Source of the DNA: an uncultured Actinomycetes bacterium | GTDB taxonomy: Bacteria > Actinomycetota > Thermoleophilia > Gaiellales > Gaiellaceae | NCBI GenBank assembly: GCA_963764565.1 | Contig: CAVXTD010000015.1 | Location: 2,317-66,316 of the forward strand | Reading direction: 5' to 3' | Length of the DNA stretch: 64,000 nucleotides | Translations under genes and position numbers: made by a program | Part shown: one piece after another, positions 27,632-40,212 of the stretch | Numbering within the stretch: the first letter of the stretch is position 1 | Layout of the letters: every line of letters starts with the position of its first letter | The notes under the pieces: generated by a model | Databases searched by the model: none | Told to the model about the DNA's origin: nothing | What the model saw: only the letters and a program-made list of their open reading frames with translations

Positions 27632-27636
<5 letters not shown>
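27605..27636 (+). repeat. Tandem 16-nt duplication gatcttctgagatga(g/c) containing the treS start codon
   Basis: Read directly from the sequence. Copy 1 creates a 4-codon uORF (ATG AGG ATC TTC TGA, 27616-27630). Copy 2 carries the treS ATG at 27632. Confidence 0.85.
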
Positions 27637-29287
<1,651 letters not shown>

Positions 29288-29291
<4 letters not shown>

Positions 29292-30610
29292 CCCGCCCGA
29301 GCTCGACGAACGCGCAGCTGGTCGACTACATCACGACTCAGCGCTGGTACGGATCAAAGGGGCGCGACGTCGCCTCGGCGCGATCGTCGACGAGGTCGGG
29401 CTGCCGGGATTCCTGCTCGCCTCGTCGAGCTGGGCTTCCCCGAGGGGACGCACGAGATCTACCAGCTCGCTCTCGACGAGGAGTTCTTGCCGACTCGGCG
29501 GCCCGCGGTTCGCCCGCGAGATCGTCCGGCTGATCGGCGCGGGCAAGCCACTGGCTGCGGGCGAGGGCACGGTCGAGTTCCACCGGGTCGAGGGCGTCGA
29601 CTCGACGGTCAGCTCGGCGACCTCGCGGCCGGTCGTCGCCGAGCAGTCGAACAGCTCGTTCGATCTTCGACGGCGAGTCTGGTGATGAAGGTCTTCCGGC
29701 GGCTGGAGCCGGGGATCAATCCCGAGCTCGAGATGCTCCGGTTCCTCTCCGGCCGCGGCTTCCCCAACGTCCCTGCGCTCGGTGGCTGGTACGCGTATCG
29801 GGCGTCCGATCGAGGCGACGCTCGGGATCGTGCAGACGTTCGTGCCCGGCGGCATAGACGGCTGGGAGATGGCGCTCGACGAGCTCGAGGCGGCGCCCGA
29901 CCGGTTCCTGGGTCGCCTGGGGCGGCTCGGCGAGGTGACGGGTGAGATGCACACGCTGCTGGCCTCCGGGTCCGACGACCCGAGCTTCTGCCCGGAGGAG
30001 CATGGCCTCGAGTCGTTCGGTCTGCTGACCGCGAGCATCGACGAGGAGATCCAGCGGGCGTTCGTCGAGCTGCCGGACGACCTCGAGGCGCTCGAGCCGA
30101 TCTCGGGCGGGCGGAGGACATCCGCGACAGAGTTGCGGATGCTCGTCTACGCCGGCACGACCGGCAAGATCATCCGCACCACGGCGACTTCCATCTCGGC
30201 CAGACGCTCTGGGCGGACGGACGACTGGATGATCCTCGACTTCGAGGGTGAGCCTGCGCGGTCGCTGCCGGAGCGCCGGCGGAAGCGCTCGCCCCTCCGT
30301 GACGTCGCCGCGATGCTCCGCTCGTTCGCGTACGCGGCGTCGGCCGTCGAGATATTGCGGGGTACCCTGCGCCTCGGGGCTGGGAGGAGCATGCCCGCGA
30401 GCCGAGTTCCTCGACGGGATACCTGGAGACGGTCGACTCAGATGATCATTCCGGCGGGCCGAAGAGGCGTTCGACCGCTCCTCTCCGTCTTCGAGCTGGA
30501 GAAGGCGGTCTACGAGCTGCTCTACGAGCTGAACATGCGCCCCGACTGGCTGCCGATTCCCGTTGCCGGGCATCCTGCGCATGCTCGAGGAGGCACCGGT
30601 CACGACGTGA
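29288..30610 (+). pseudogene. mak: Maltokinase (maltose 1-phosphate forming), four or more frame breaks
   Basis: The ATG overlaps the treS TGA. The fragments QRWYGSKGR, KVFRRLEPGINPELEMLRFL, IVQTFVPGGIDGWEMAL, GDFHLGQTLW (reconstructed in an alternate frame), ILDFEGEPARSLPERRRKRSPLRDVA.MLRSF and LEKAVYELLYELNMRPDWLPIPV are spread over three frames. Confidence 0.75.
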
Positions 30611-30658
30611 GGTTGCCGGCCTCGGCTCGCCTCCGATCGATCGCCCGGACTCGGCCGG

Positions 30659-32807
30659 ATGACCGAGATCTACGAACTCGCCGACCCGCACGCCTACCTG
30701 GGAGCGCACGAGGCGAAGGGCGGCGTCGTCGTCAGGGCGTACCGGCCGGACGCCGAGTCCGTGCGCGTTCTGCCGATGGGCGTCGAGCTCGTCCCGCAGG
30801 ACGGCTCGGGGATCTTCGAAGGGGTGATCCACGGGGAGTCGCTGCCGCTCGCCTACGAGCTCGAGGTGCACTACCCGGCCGGAGACGCGTATGTGCTGCG
30901 CGACCCCTACTCGTTCTTGCCGACGATCGGCGAGCTCGACCTCCATCTCGCCGGCGAGGGCCGGCACGAAGATCTGTACGCGCGGCTCGGCGCGCACCCG
31001 CGAGAGATCGACGGCGTGGCCGGAGTCGCCTTCGCCGTCTGGGCTCCGGCCGCGCGCTCGGTCAGCGTCGTCGGCGACTTCAACGGCTGGGACGGGCGCC
31101 TGCACCCGATGCGCTCGCTCGGTTCCTCGGGGATCTGGGAGATCTTCCTGCCAGGCCTCGTGTGCGGTGCCAGGTACAAGTTCGAGATCCGGACGCGCGG
31201 AGGCGGTCTGCGAATCAAGGCCGACCCGCTCGCTCTCTCCGCCGAGGTTCCGCCGCGCAATGCCTCGATCGTCTTCGAGCCACAGCACGCCTGGCGCGAC
31301 GCCGCGTGGCTCGAGCGGCGCAGCGAGTCGGACCCGCTGCGCGCGCCTTGCTCGATCTACGAAATGCACCTCGGCTCGTGGCGGCTGAACCCCGCCCAGG
31401 GCAACCGGCCGCTCACCTATCTCGAGCTGGCGGACGAGCTGGCCGAGTACGTGACCGACCTCGGCTTCACGCATGTCGAGCTGCTGCCGGTGATGGAGCA
31501 TCCGTACACGCCGTCGTGGGGCTACCAGGTGACGGGGTACTTCGCGCCGACGTCGCGCTTCGGCACACCGGACGACTTCCGAGCGTTCGTCGACCGGCTG
31601 CACGAGGCCGGCATCGGGGTGATCCTCGACTGGGTGCCCGCGCACTTCCCGCGCGACGACTGGGCGCTCGCCCGCTTCGACGGCACCGCGCTGTACGAGC
31701 ACGACGACCCTCGCCGCGGGGCGCACCCCGACTGGGGCACGCTCGTCTTCAACTACGGCCGCAACGAGGTTCGGAACTTCCTGCTCGCGAGCGCGCTCCT
31801 CTGGCTGCGCGAGTACCACGCCGACGGGCTGCGCGTCGATGCGGTCGCCTCGATGCTCTACCTCGACTACTCGCGCAAGCCGGGCGAGTGGGTGCCGAAC
31901 GAGCGGGGCGGCAACGAGGACCTCGACGCGATCTCGTTCCTGCAAGGAGCTGAACACGGTCGCCTACGGCCGCGAGCCCGGTGTGCTGATGACCGCTGAG
32001 GAGTCGACGGCGTGGCCGGGTGTTTCACGGCCCGTCCACGCGGGCGGGCTCGGCTTCGGGCTGAAGTGGAACATGGGCTGGATGCACGACACGCTGGAGT
32101 ACTTCCGGCACGACCCGATCCACCGCCGGTTCCACCACCACCAGCTCACCTTCAGCATGGTCTACGCCTACTCCGAGAACTTCCTGCTGCCGCTCTCGCA
32201 CGACGAGGTCGTGCACGGCAAGGGCTCGCTGCTGTCGAAGCTGCCCGGCGATCCCTGGCAGCGCTTCGCCAACCTTCGCGCTCTCTACGCCTACATGTGG
32301 GCGCATCCCGGCAAGAAGCTGCTGTTCATGGGCGGCGAGCTTGCGCAGGAGCGCGAGTGGGACTCCGAGGGCTCGCTCGACTGGCACCTGCTCGAACGGG
32401 CAGAGCACTCGGGCGTGCAGGCGCTCGTCCGTGACCTGAACCGGCACTACCGCGACGAGCCGGCGCTGTGGGAGGTCGACTTCGAGCCGGCCGGGTTCGG
32501 GTGGCTGGAGCCGAACGATGATGCCGCGAACGTGCTTGCCTTTCTCCGCCTTTCGCGAGACGGAGAGAGGCTAGTGGTCTGCTGCTGCAACTTTTCGCCC
32601 GTTCCTCGCCCCGGTTATCGCGTGGGACTGCCAAGAGGCGGCCGCTGGGAGGAGGTCGTGAATACCGACTCGACGAAGTACGGCGGCTCCGGTGTCGGCA
32701 ACCCCGGCGGGGTCGTCGCAGAGGGCAGGCCGTGGCACGGCCAGCCCTTCTCGGCCGAGGTGACCCTGCCGCCGCTCGGCGTGCTCTGGCTCGTGCCCGC
32801 CCGGTAG
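30659..32807 (+). pseudogene. glgB: 1,4-alpha-glucan branching enzyme, frame break near 31943
   Basis: ORF 30659..31999 (...GVAFAVWAP...IYEMHLGSW...[10 protein letters not shown]...DWVPAHF...[12 protein letters not shown]) continues in ORF 31839..32807 ([29 protein letters not shown]...SHDEVVHGK...). Confidence 0.9.
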
Positions 32808-32812
32808 GAGCG

Positions 32813-33616
32813 CTACGGGTAGATCGTCCGGGCGTGACCGCGCACGATCCTGAAGATCGTGCCGTCCTGCGAGAGGCCGACGATGCGGTGACGCGAATCG
32901 AACGCGATCGGGCCGGGCTGGAAGACGTCGGAGACCTTCGTCACGTGCCCGTCGGCCCCGATGCGCGAGATGCGGTTGCGACCGAGCTCGCTGACGAACA
33001 AGCCGCCGCCCGGGGCCTCGAGCGTGAACCCGGAGTAGACGAGCCCGGTCGCAAGCACCTCGATCTGCCTGGTCTTTGGATCGAGCCGCAGGACCCGGCC
33101 CGCGTACGACTCGCCGAGGATCAGCCCTTTCGTCGTCACGAGGATCCCGTGCACCCCGCGCAGGTTCTCCGCCAGCACGGAGCGGACGCCGTGCCGGAGC
33201 AGGACAACGGTCGTCTCCTCGTGGCCCGGCACGTTCTCGCTGGCGTACAGCCGACCGCCCGGTGCGAGCGCGATCCCGAGGAGGTACGAGTGCGCGACGG
33301 CGTAGACGCTCGTCTTCCCCGTCCGGGTGTCCAGCGCGAGCACCCGCGCACGGGAGGTTACGAGGATGCGGCCGTCCGGTAGCCGCTCGAGCTCGCGGGC
33401 CTCGGGGATCCGGGCGAGGACACGCCCGGTGTGCCGTCCCGGGTCGAGCTCGTAGACGAGCCCCTTCGGCAGGTCGGTGACGACGAGCTTGCCGCCGGGC
33501 AGCGCAAGGATGTCGTAGGGCTGGTCGAGCGTGGGCCGGGCGCCGCTCGCTCCAGCCGGAAGCGTTGCGGTGAGTGCGACAGCGATGGCGGCAACCCGGC
33601 GCAGCGATACCGTCAT
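32813..33616 (-). CDS. Secreted beta-propeller-like protein (NHL/SMP-30-like repeats), function unknown
   Basis: Signal peptide MTVSLRRVAAIAVALTATLPAGASG, then repeated ...G.L.V(T/S)(D/E)... strands. Confidence 0.65.
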   Translation of the reverse strand: MTVSLRRVAAIAVALTATLPAGASGARPTLDQPYDILALPGGKLVVTDLPKGLVYELDPGRHTGRVLARIPEARELERLPDGRILVTSRARVLALDTRTGKTSVYAVAHSYLLGIALAPGGRLYASENVPGHEETTVVLLRHGVRSVLAENLRGVHGILVTTKGLILGESYAGRVLRLDPKTRQIEVLATGLVYSGFTLEAPGGGLFVSELGRNRISRIGADGHVTKVSDVFQPGPIAFDSRHRIVGLSQDGTIFRIVRGHARTIYP

Positions 33617-33669
33617 CGTCCACTCAGACGGCCGTGTCCGGCCATGGTTAGCGTCGCTAGCCTGCGCCG

Positions 33670-34909
33670 GTGCGTCTCTTCGCGCGACTCTTCCGCCTCG
33701 TCTGGGGCGACGACGTCGACCGCGCCCTGCGGCCGGTGCTCGCCGTTTCGTTCTTCGGCGCAGTCGCGTTCTCCGCCGGCTGGTCGTTCATCGGCATCTG
33801 GGCGGTCAAGGAACTCGGGGCGACGAGGTCGCAGCTCGGCGTCGGCTTCGTGATCGCCGCGGTCGCCTCGATGGTCGCCGGCTACCTCGGCGGGCATGCC
33901 TCCGACCACTTCGGGCGGCGGCCGCTGATCCTGCTCGGCTGGAGCCTGCAGGCGCTCTTCACGCTGTCCTACATCGCCGCGGGGCACCACGTCGTCGTCG
34001 GGCTCGGGCTGATCGGGCTCGGAGCCGTCTTCGGCTCGATCGGGCAGGGCGCCGACCAGGCGATGGTCGCCGACCTCGTCGCGCCGGAGCGGCACGAGAA
34101 GGCGTACGCGTCGGTGCGGGTCGCCTCCAACCTCGGCGTGGCCTTCGGCCCGGCGATCGGAGGCCTGCTCCTGATCGGCCGCCACTGGCCCGTGTTCTTC
34201 TCCGGGGTCTCGGTCCTCGCGGCGATCGGCTTCGCGATCGCGCTCCGCTACCTGCCGCGAAGCGGTGCGTATGCGCCCGAGAGCCCGCCCGGCCGCGGCT
34301 CGTTCGGCGTCATCCGCCGCGACCGCGCGTTCCTCCTCTTCCTGCTCTCCGGTGCGCTCGCCTACCTGGTGTACGTCGCGATCGAGACCGTCCTGCCGGT
34401 CTCGGCCGTGGACACACACGGAATCGCGCCGTCGACCTGGGGTTTCATCGTGATCATCAACCCGGTGCTGGTCACCCTGTTCCAGCTCCGCGTGACGAAC
34501 TGGACGACCCGCTGGCCGGCCGGCCCGAAGCTCGTCACCGCGATGCTGCTGATGGGCGGCTCGTTCCTTCTCCTCGTCACCAGCACGGCGCTCGGGATGT
34601 TCGCGCTCGTGATCCTGATCTTCGTGATCGGCGAGATGCTGTGGGTGCCGACCTCGCAGGCGATCGTCGCCGCACTCGCACCGGAGGACGTGCGGGGTGC
34701 GTACATGGGCGCGTTCGGCAGTGCGGCCTCGTTTGCATTCGCGATCGGGCCGTTCGCGGGTCTGCATCTCGCCGACACCTACGGCGACAACGCGGCGTGG
34801 TACTTCTTCGCCGCGGTCTCCGTCGTCGGCCGCGGCGACGGGCGCCGCGGCGGTGCGGGCGGCCTTCGGGCGACGCGGGGGCGAGCCGCTCCCGTCGACA
34901 GGCGCATGA
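33670..34909 (+). pseudogene. MFS transporter, frame break near 34820 that fuses it in frame to treZ as assembled
   Basis: 12-TM-like hydrophobic pattern in track ORF 33670..36396. The alternative frame (ORF 34697..34909) gives a natural tail [26 protein letters not shown], whose TGA overlaps the treZ ATG. Confidence 0.7.
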
Positions 34910-36396
34910 GGCGGCTCGGCGCGATCCCGCGTCCGGATGGAACCGTCGAGTTCGGCGTCTGGGCGCCCGCGGCGAGACGGGTGGGTGTACGGATCGGCGG
35001 CGAGCTCCACGAGCTGGCGCCGACCGCCGGCGGCGTGTTCGAGGGCGAGGTGCGCGCCGTGCCCGGTGACGACTACACGTACGTGCTCGACGGCGGGCGC
35101 GAACTGCCCGACCCGTGCTCCCGGTTCCAGCCGGAGGGCGTGTCCGGCCCGTCGCGGATCGTCGAGATCCCGCCCGCCGCGCGGCGCGGCCTCGCGCTCG
35201 ACGAGCTGGTCGTCTACGAGCTCCACGTCGGCACCTTCTCGGCCGAGGGGACGTTCGACGCGGCTGTCCCGCACCTGCGCGAGCTACGCGAGCTCGGCGT
35301 GACCGCGATCGAGCTGATGCCGGTCGCGACCTTTCCCGGCGACCGGGGGTGGGGGTACGACGGCGTCTACACCTACGCGCCGCATCCGGCCTACGGCGGG
35401 CCGGCGGGACTCAGCCGCCTCGTCGAGGCGGCCCACCGCGAGGGCCTCGGTGTGATCATGGACGTGGTCTACAACCACGTCGGCCCGGGCTCGGAGGTGC
35501 TGACCGCGTTCGGCCCGTATCTGACCGCGCGGCACGCGACCTTCTGGGGAAAGGGAGTCGACTTCTCACAGCACGGCGTCCGCGAGTGGGCGATCCAGAA
35601 CGCCCTCATGTGGGTGGAGGACTACGGCATCGACGGGCTGCGCCTCGACGCCGTCCAGACGATCCGCGACGACTCGGCTCCACACGTTCTCGCCGAGCTC
35701 GCCGACCGCGTCCACGCGACCGCGCCCCGCGCGCTCGTCATCTCCGAGACCTCGATCGAGGACGACCGGCCCCTCGGTGACTGGGGTCACGACGCGCGCT
35801 GGAGCGACGGGTTGCATCACGCGCTGCACGCCCTCCTGACCGGCGAGCGGGACGGTTACTACGCCCCCTACGGGAGCGTCGAGGACGTCGCGCGCGAGCT
35901 CGCCCGCGTCCCGGCCGCGGCCCATGTCGTCTGCGCCCAGGATCACGACCAGATCGGCAACCGCGCGCTCGGCGACCGGCTGGCACCGGAGCTGCTCCGG
36001 CTCGCCTCGTCCGTCGTCCTCTTCTCCGCGCACACGCCGATCCTGTTCATGGGCGAGGAGTACGGCGAGCAGAGCCCGTTCCAGTACTTCACCGACCACC
36101 ATGACCCGAGCGTCGCAGCAGCGGCTCGTGAGGGGCGCAAGCGCGAGTTCGCCGCCTACCGCGGGTTCGCCGGCGACGTGCCCGACCCGCAGGACCCGGC
36201 GACGTTCGAGCGGTCGAAGCTCTCGCGGCGCGAGCTGCCCGGTGTGCGCGAGCACTACCGCAGGCTGCTGGCGCTGCGGCGTAGGCTGCCACGCGAAGTG
36301 CAGGCGCGTGCGGAGGGATCGGTGCTGACGATGCGGCGCGGCGGGGCCGAGCTCGTCGTCGACTTCGGAGCGAGGACGGCGGAGCTGCGCGCGTGA
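34906..36396 (+). CDS. treZ: Malto-oligosyltrehalose trehalohydrolase
   Basis: [23 protein letters not shown]...[20 protein letters not shown]...YELHVGTF...[10 protein letters not shown]...GLRLDAV... Confidence 0.85.
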   Translation: MRRLGAIPRPDGTVEFGVWAPAARRVGVRIGGELHELAPTAGGVFEGEVRAVPGDDYTYVLDGGRELPDPCSRFQPEGVSGPSRIVEIPPAARRGLALDELVVYELHVGTFSAEGTFDAAVPHLRELRELGVTAIELMPVATFPGDRGWGYDGVYTYAPHPAYGGPAGLSRLVEAAHREGLGVIMDVVYNHVGPGSEVLTAFGPYLTARHATFWGKGVDFSQHGVREWAIQNALMWVEDYGIDGLRLDAVQTIRDDSAPHVLAELADRVHATAPRALVISETSIEDDRPLGDWGHDARWSDGLHHALHALLTGERDGYYAPYGSVEDVARELARVPAAAHVVCAQDHDQIGNRALGDRLAPELLRLASSVVLFSAHTPILFMGEEYGEQSPFQYFTDHHDPSVAAAAREGRKREFAAYRGFAGDVPDPQDPATFERSKLSRRELPGVREHYRRLLALRRRLPREVQARAEGSVLTMRRGGAELVVDFGARTAELRA

Positions 36397-38512
36397 AGGT
36401 CTGGCCCGGGGCCCCGTTCCCGCTGGGGGCGATCTGGGACGGCGAGGGGACCAACTTCTCGCTCTTCTCCGAGAACGCGGAATACGTCGAGCTGTGCCTG
36501 TTCGACGCGGACGACAACGAGACGCGCGTGCCGCTCGGCGGGCCCGCCGCCTTCAACTGGCATTGCTACCTGCCCGGCGTCGGGCCGGGACAGCGCTACG
36601 CCTACCGCGTCCACGGGCCGTGGGCGCCAGAGCGCGGCCACCTCTTCAACCCGTCACAAGCTGTTGATCGATCCGTACGCGAAGGCGATCGAAGGGCCGG
36701 TGCGCTGGGAGGCCGCGAGCACTCTCGCCTACATCCCGGGCGGAGAGGACGCCGGCCTCGAGGCCGACGACGAGGACGATGCGGCGGCGGTCCCCAAGTG
36801 CGTCGTCATCGACCCGTCGTTCGACTGGGAGGGCGATACGCATCTGCACACCCCCTGGCACGACACCGTCATCTACGAGGTGCACACCAAGGGCTTCACC
36901 GCACGCCACCCCGGCGTGCGCGAAGACCTGCGCGGCACGTACGCGGGGCTCGCGTCCGAGAGCGCGATCGCCCACCTGACCTCACTCGGCGTGACCGCGG
37001 TCGAGTTGCTCCCGATCCACCACATCGCCGACGAGCACCACCTCGTCGAGAAGGGGCTGACGAACTACTGGGGCTACAGCTCGATCGGATACCTGGCACC
37101 GCACGCGCTCTACGCGGCGACGGGCACGCGGGGCGAGCAGGTGCGCGAGTTCAAGGGGATGGTCAAGGCGCTCCACCGCGCGGGGATCGAGGTGATCCTC
37201 GACGTCGTCTACAACCACACGGCCGAGGGCAATCAGCTCGGGCCGATGCTCGGCTTCAAGGGGGTGGACAACGCCTCGTACTACCGGTTGATGCCGGACG
37301 ACCCGCGCCACTACATGGACTTCACCGGGACCGGGAACAGCCTCAACCCGGTGCACCCGAGCGTCCTGCGGCTGATCATGGACTCCCTCCGCTACTGGGC
37401 GGTCGACTGCCACGTGGACGGATTCCGCTTCGACCTCGCCTCGGCGCTCGCACGCGAGTTCTACGACGTCGACCGGCTCTCCGCGTTCTTCGACGTCATC
37501 CACCAGGACCCGGTGCTCTCCCAGGTGAAGCTGATCGCCGAGCCGTGGGACGTCGGCCCCGGCGGCTACCAGGTCGGCAACTTCCCGATTCTCTGGACCG
37601 AATGGAACGGCATGTACCGCGACTGCATTCGCGACTTCTGGCGCGGTGAGTGCGAGCTGGGCGAGTTCGCCCAGCGTTTCACCGGATCGAGCGACCTCTA
37701 CCAGTCCGACGGGCGGCGGCCCTTCGCCTCGATCAACTTCGTCACCGCCCACGACGGGTTCACGCTCGCCGACCTGGTTTCGTACAACGGCAAGCACAAC
37801 GAGGCCAACCTCGAGGACAACCGAGACGGCACCGACGACAACCGGAGCTGGAACTGCGGCGTCGAGGGCCCGACCGACGACCCGGAGGTGAATGCGCTTC
37901 GCGAGCGCCAGCAGCGGAACTTCCTCGCCACGCTGCTGCTCTCGCAGGGCGTGCCGATGCTCCTCGGCGGTGACGAGCTCTCGCGCACCCAGCGGGGCAA
38001 CAACAACGCGTACTGCCAGGACAACGAGCTGAGCTGGTTCGACTGGGACGTGGACGAGCGCCGGCAGCGGCTGCTCGACTTCACCAGACGCCTCGTTCAC
38101 TTCCGGCGTGCGCATCCGGCGTTCAGGCGGCCGCATTTCCTGACCGGCCGGTCGTCGAACGGTCGGGGAGTGCCCGACAGCTGGTGGTTCCGCCCGGACG
38201 GCCGCAAGCTGACACGGCGCGACTGGGCGGACGCCGAGCTGCGGACGATCGGCCTCTTTCTGAACGGCGAGGAGATCCAGGCGCAGACTCGGGAGGGCGC
38301 GCCGGTGACCGACGAGTCGTTCGTGCTCCTCTTCAACGCGCATCACGACCCGGTCACCTTCCGGCTGCCGCCGCGCCGCTTCGGCCAGCGCTGGCAGCTC
38401 GAGCTGTCCACCGCCGAGCCGGACGCCGAGGCGGGCGCTCGCTCATGGGCTCGCGCGCGACGAGATCGAGATCGAGTCTCGCTCGATCGTGCTGCTCCGC
38501 CGCAGCTGGTAG
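36393..38512 (+). pseudogene. glgX: Glycogen debranching enzyme GlgX/TreX, frame breaks near 36656 and 38440
   Basis: [30 protein letters not shown]... lies in ORF 36393. [13 protein letters not shown]...YEVHTKGFT...[10 protein letters not shown]...[10 protein letters not shown]...GFRFDLAS...EPWD... lies in ORF 36664. The likely tail ...LARDEIEIESRSIVLLRRSW* is in a third frame. Confidence 0.85.
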
Positions 38513-38597
38513 TTCCCACTGAGCTCGGATCCGGCCGCGTACCGATGCCGGGCGTTGGGAGCCGTGCCAGCCTCTGCTCGAGACGAAAGGGGTGGAG

Positions 38598-39098
38598 ATG
38601 ACCGGACCGATCCTGATCGCATACGCCTCGCGCTACGGCTCGACGCGCGAGACGGCCGAGGCGATCGCGGCCACGCTGCGCGAGCACGAGCAGAAGGTCG
38701 AGGTGCTGCCGGCCGCCGAGGTGGAGGACCTCGGCCCGTACGGCGCCGTCGTGCTCGGTGGCGGTATCTACATAGGTCGTTGGCACCGGGACGCGCGTGG
38801 GTTCGCGCGCCACTTCGGGAACGAGCTACGCGGGCTGCCGGTGGCGGTGTTTGCCCTGGGGCCGGTGACCGACAAGCCGGAGGACAAGGCCGCTGCCCGT
38901 GCGCAGCTCGAGAAGAGTCTCGACCGGCTGCCGATCGAGCCGTTCTCGGTGCGCGTCTTCGGCGGAGCGGTGGATCCCACCAAGCTGCGGTTCCCGTTCA
39001 CGCACATGGCCGCCGCGGACGTTCGCGACTGGGACGAGATCAGGCGATGGGCGGTGGAGCTGGCCGAGGAGATCGGCTCAGTGCCGGCTCTGGCCTGA
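38598..39098 (+). CDS. Flavodoxin-domain protein (HemG-like fold)
   Basis: ILIAYASRYGSTRETAEAIAATL...VVLGGGIYIGRWH... AAAGGGG RBS before ATG 38598 (the track starts at GTG 38592). Confidence 0.7.
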   Translation: MTGPILIAYASRYGSTRETAEAIAATLREHEQKVEVLPAAEVEDLGPYGAVVLGGGIYIGRWHRDARGFARHFGNELRGLPVAVFALGPVTDKPEDKAAARAQLEKSLDRLPIEPFSVRVFGGAVDPTKLRFPFTHMAAADVRDWDEIRRWAVELAEEIGSVPALA

Positions 39099-39488
39099 CC
39101 AGCCGCTCGTGGTCCGCACGCGACGCCGCTCCCAGCGCCGCTCGGCCTTGGGCCTCGCCGCGATCAACGCCAGGAGGCCGATCGCGACGAAGTTCTTGAA
39201 GGTCGGCTCCGGCCAGCTCACCTGCGCGGCGCCGTGGAACCACGACGGGTCGGCCAGGAAGACGATTCCGGCGATGATCATCTTCCCCGCCCAGCCGAGC
39301 CCGAGGAAGAGCGTCGCGAGCACGATCCCCCAGAATCCGAGCTCAGGCAGTCCGACGCTGTGCGCGAAGTCGAGCTTGTTCCAGGCGATCCAGAAGAGCA
39401 GCGGGCCGAACAGCACGGTGGCGACGAAGAGCCCCACCACGAGCGCGATGCTCCCCGCCACGAGCGCGCCGATGCTGAACGCTCTCAC
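39078..39488 (-). CDS. Small membrane protein, unknown function
   Basis: Three or four hydrophobic helices (IGALVAGSIALVVGLFVATVLFGPLLFWIAW...). The 3' end overlaps the flavodoxin gene by 21 nt. Confidence 0.55.
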   Translation of the reverse strand: MRAFSIGALVAGSIALVVGLFVATVLFGPLLFWIAWNKLDFAHSVGLPELGFWGIVLATLFLGLGWAGKMIIAGIVFLADPSWFHGAAQVSWPEPTFKNFVAIGLLALIAARPKAERRWERRRVRTTSGWSGQSRH

Positions 39489-39500
39489 TCCTGGACGATC

Positions 39501-40187
39501 CTAACGCGACGGAGGGCGCAGCACCGCGAACTGGTCGGTGATCTCGAGGTCGGCGGCGCGGAACCGGTAGACCGCCGCCGGCCGCCCACCGGCCCGTCCA
39601 GCCGGGCGGCGCTCGCCGGTCGGGGCGATCACACCGCGCCGCTCCAGCACGCGCTGGAGGTTCGTCGCCGAGACCTCATGGCCGAGCGCGGCCGCGTACA
39701 GGTCGCGCAGCTCGGAGATGGTGAACGTCTCCGGAGCGAGCGCAAAGCCAAGGTTCGTGTACGAGAGCTTCGCCCGCAGACGCTCGCGCCCGGCGAGCGC
39801 GACCGCGCCGTGGTCGAAGGCCGTCGCCGGCAGCGCGCTCACCGGGTGCCAGCTCGTGTCCGCGGGCACCGCCGGGTCGAGGCCGGTACGGACGAGCCCG
39901 AGGTAGGCAGTCGTCACGTGCCTGCGTTTCGGGTCGGCGTGCGTCGCGAGCTGCTCGAGGTGAGAGAGCTCTCGGACGTCCACCTTGGTTGCGAGGTGCC
40001 GGCGGATGGAGCGCTCCAGCGATTCGCCGGGGTCGAGCCGTCCACCGGGGAGGGCCCAGCGCCCGGCGTGGGGCGAGACGGCGCGTCGCCAGAGGAGCGC
40101 TTGGAGCCGGTGGTCGCGCACCTGGAGCACTACCGCGACCGTCTCGTGGGGCAGGCTGCTATCGTCCCGTCCAGGTTTTCGCTCCAT
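39501..40187 (-). CDS. NrtR-like regulator (degenerate Nudix domain + C-terminal winged helix)
   Basis: LPGGRLDPGESLERSIRRHLATKVDV is a Nudix fold lacking the catalytic REx2EE motif. The C-terminal wHTH is ...FTISELRDLYAAALGHEVSATNLQRVL... Confidence 0.7.
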   Translation of the reverse strand: MERKPGRDDSSLPHETVAVVLQVRDHRLQALLWRRAVSPHAGRWALPGGRLDPGESLERSIRRHLATKVDVRELSHLEQLATHADPKRRHVTTAYLGLVRTGLDPAVPADTSWHPVSALPATAFDHGAVALAGRERLRAKLSYTNLGFALAPETFTISELRDLYAAALGHEVSATNLQRVLERRGVIAPTGERRPAGRAGGRPAAVYRFRAADLEITDQFAVLRPPSR

Positions 40188-40212
40188 AGTCGTAAACTAC
40201 CGAAAGGGAACG

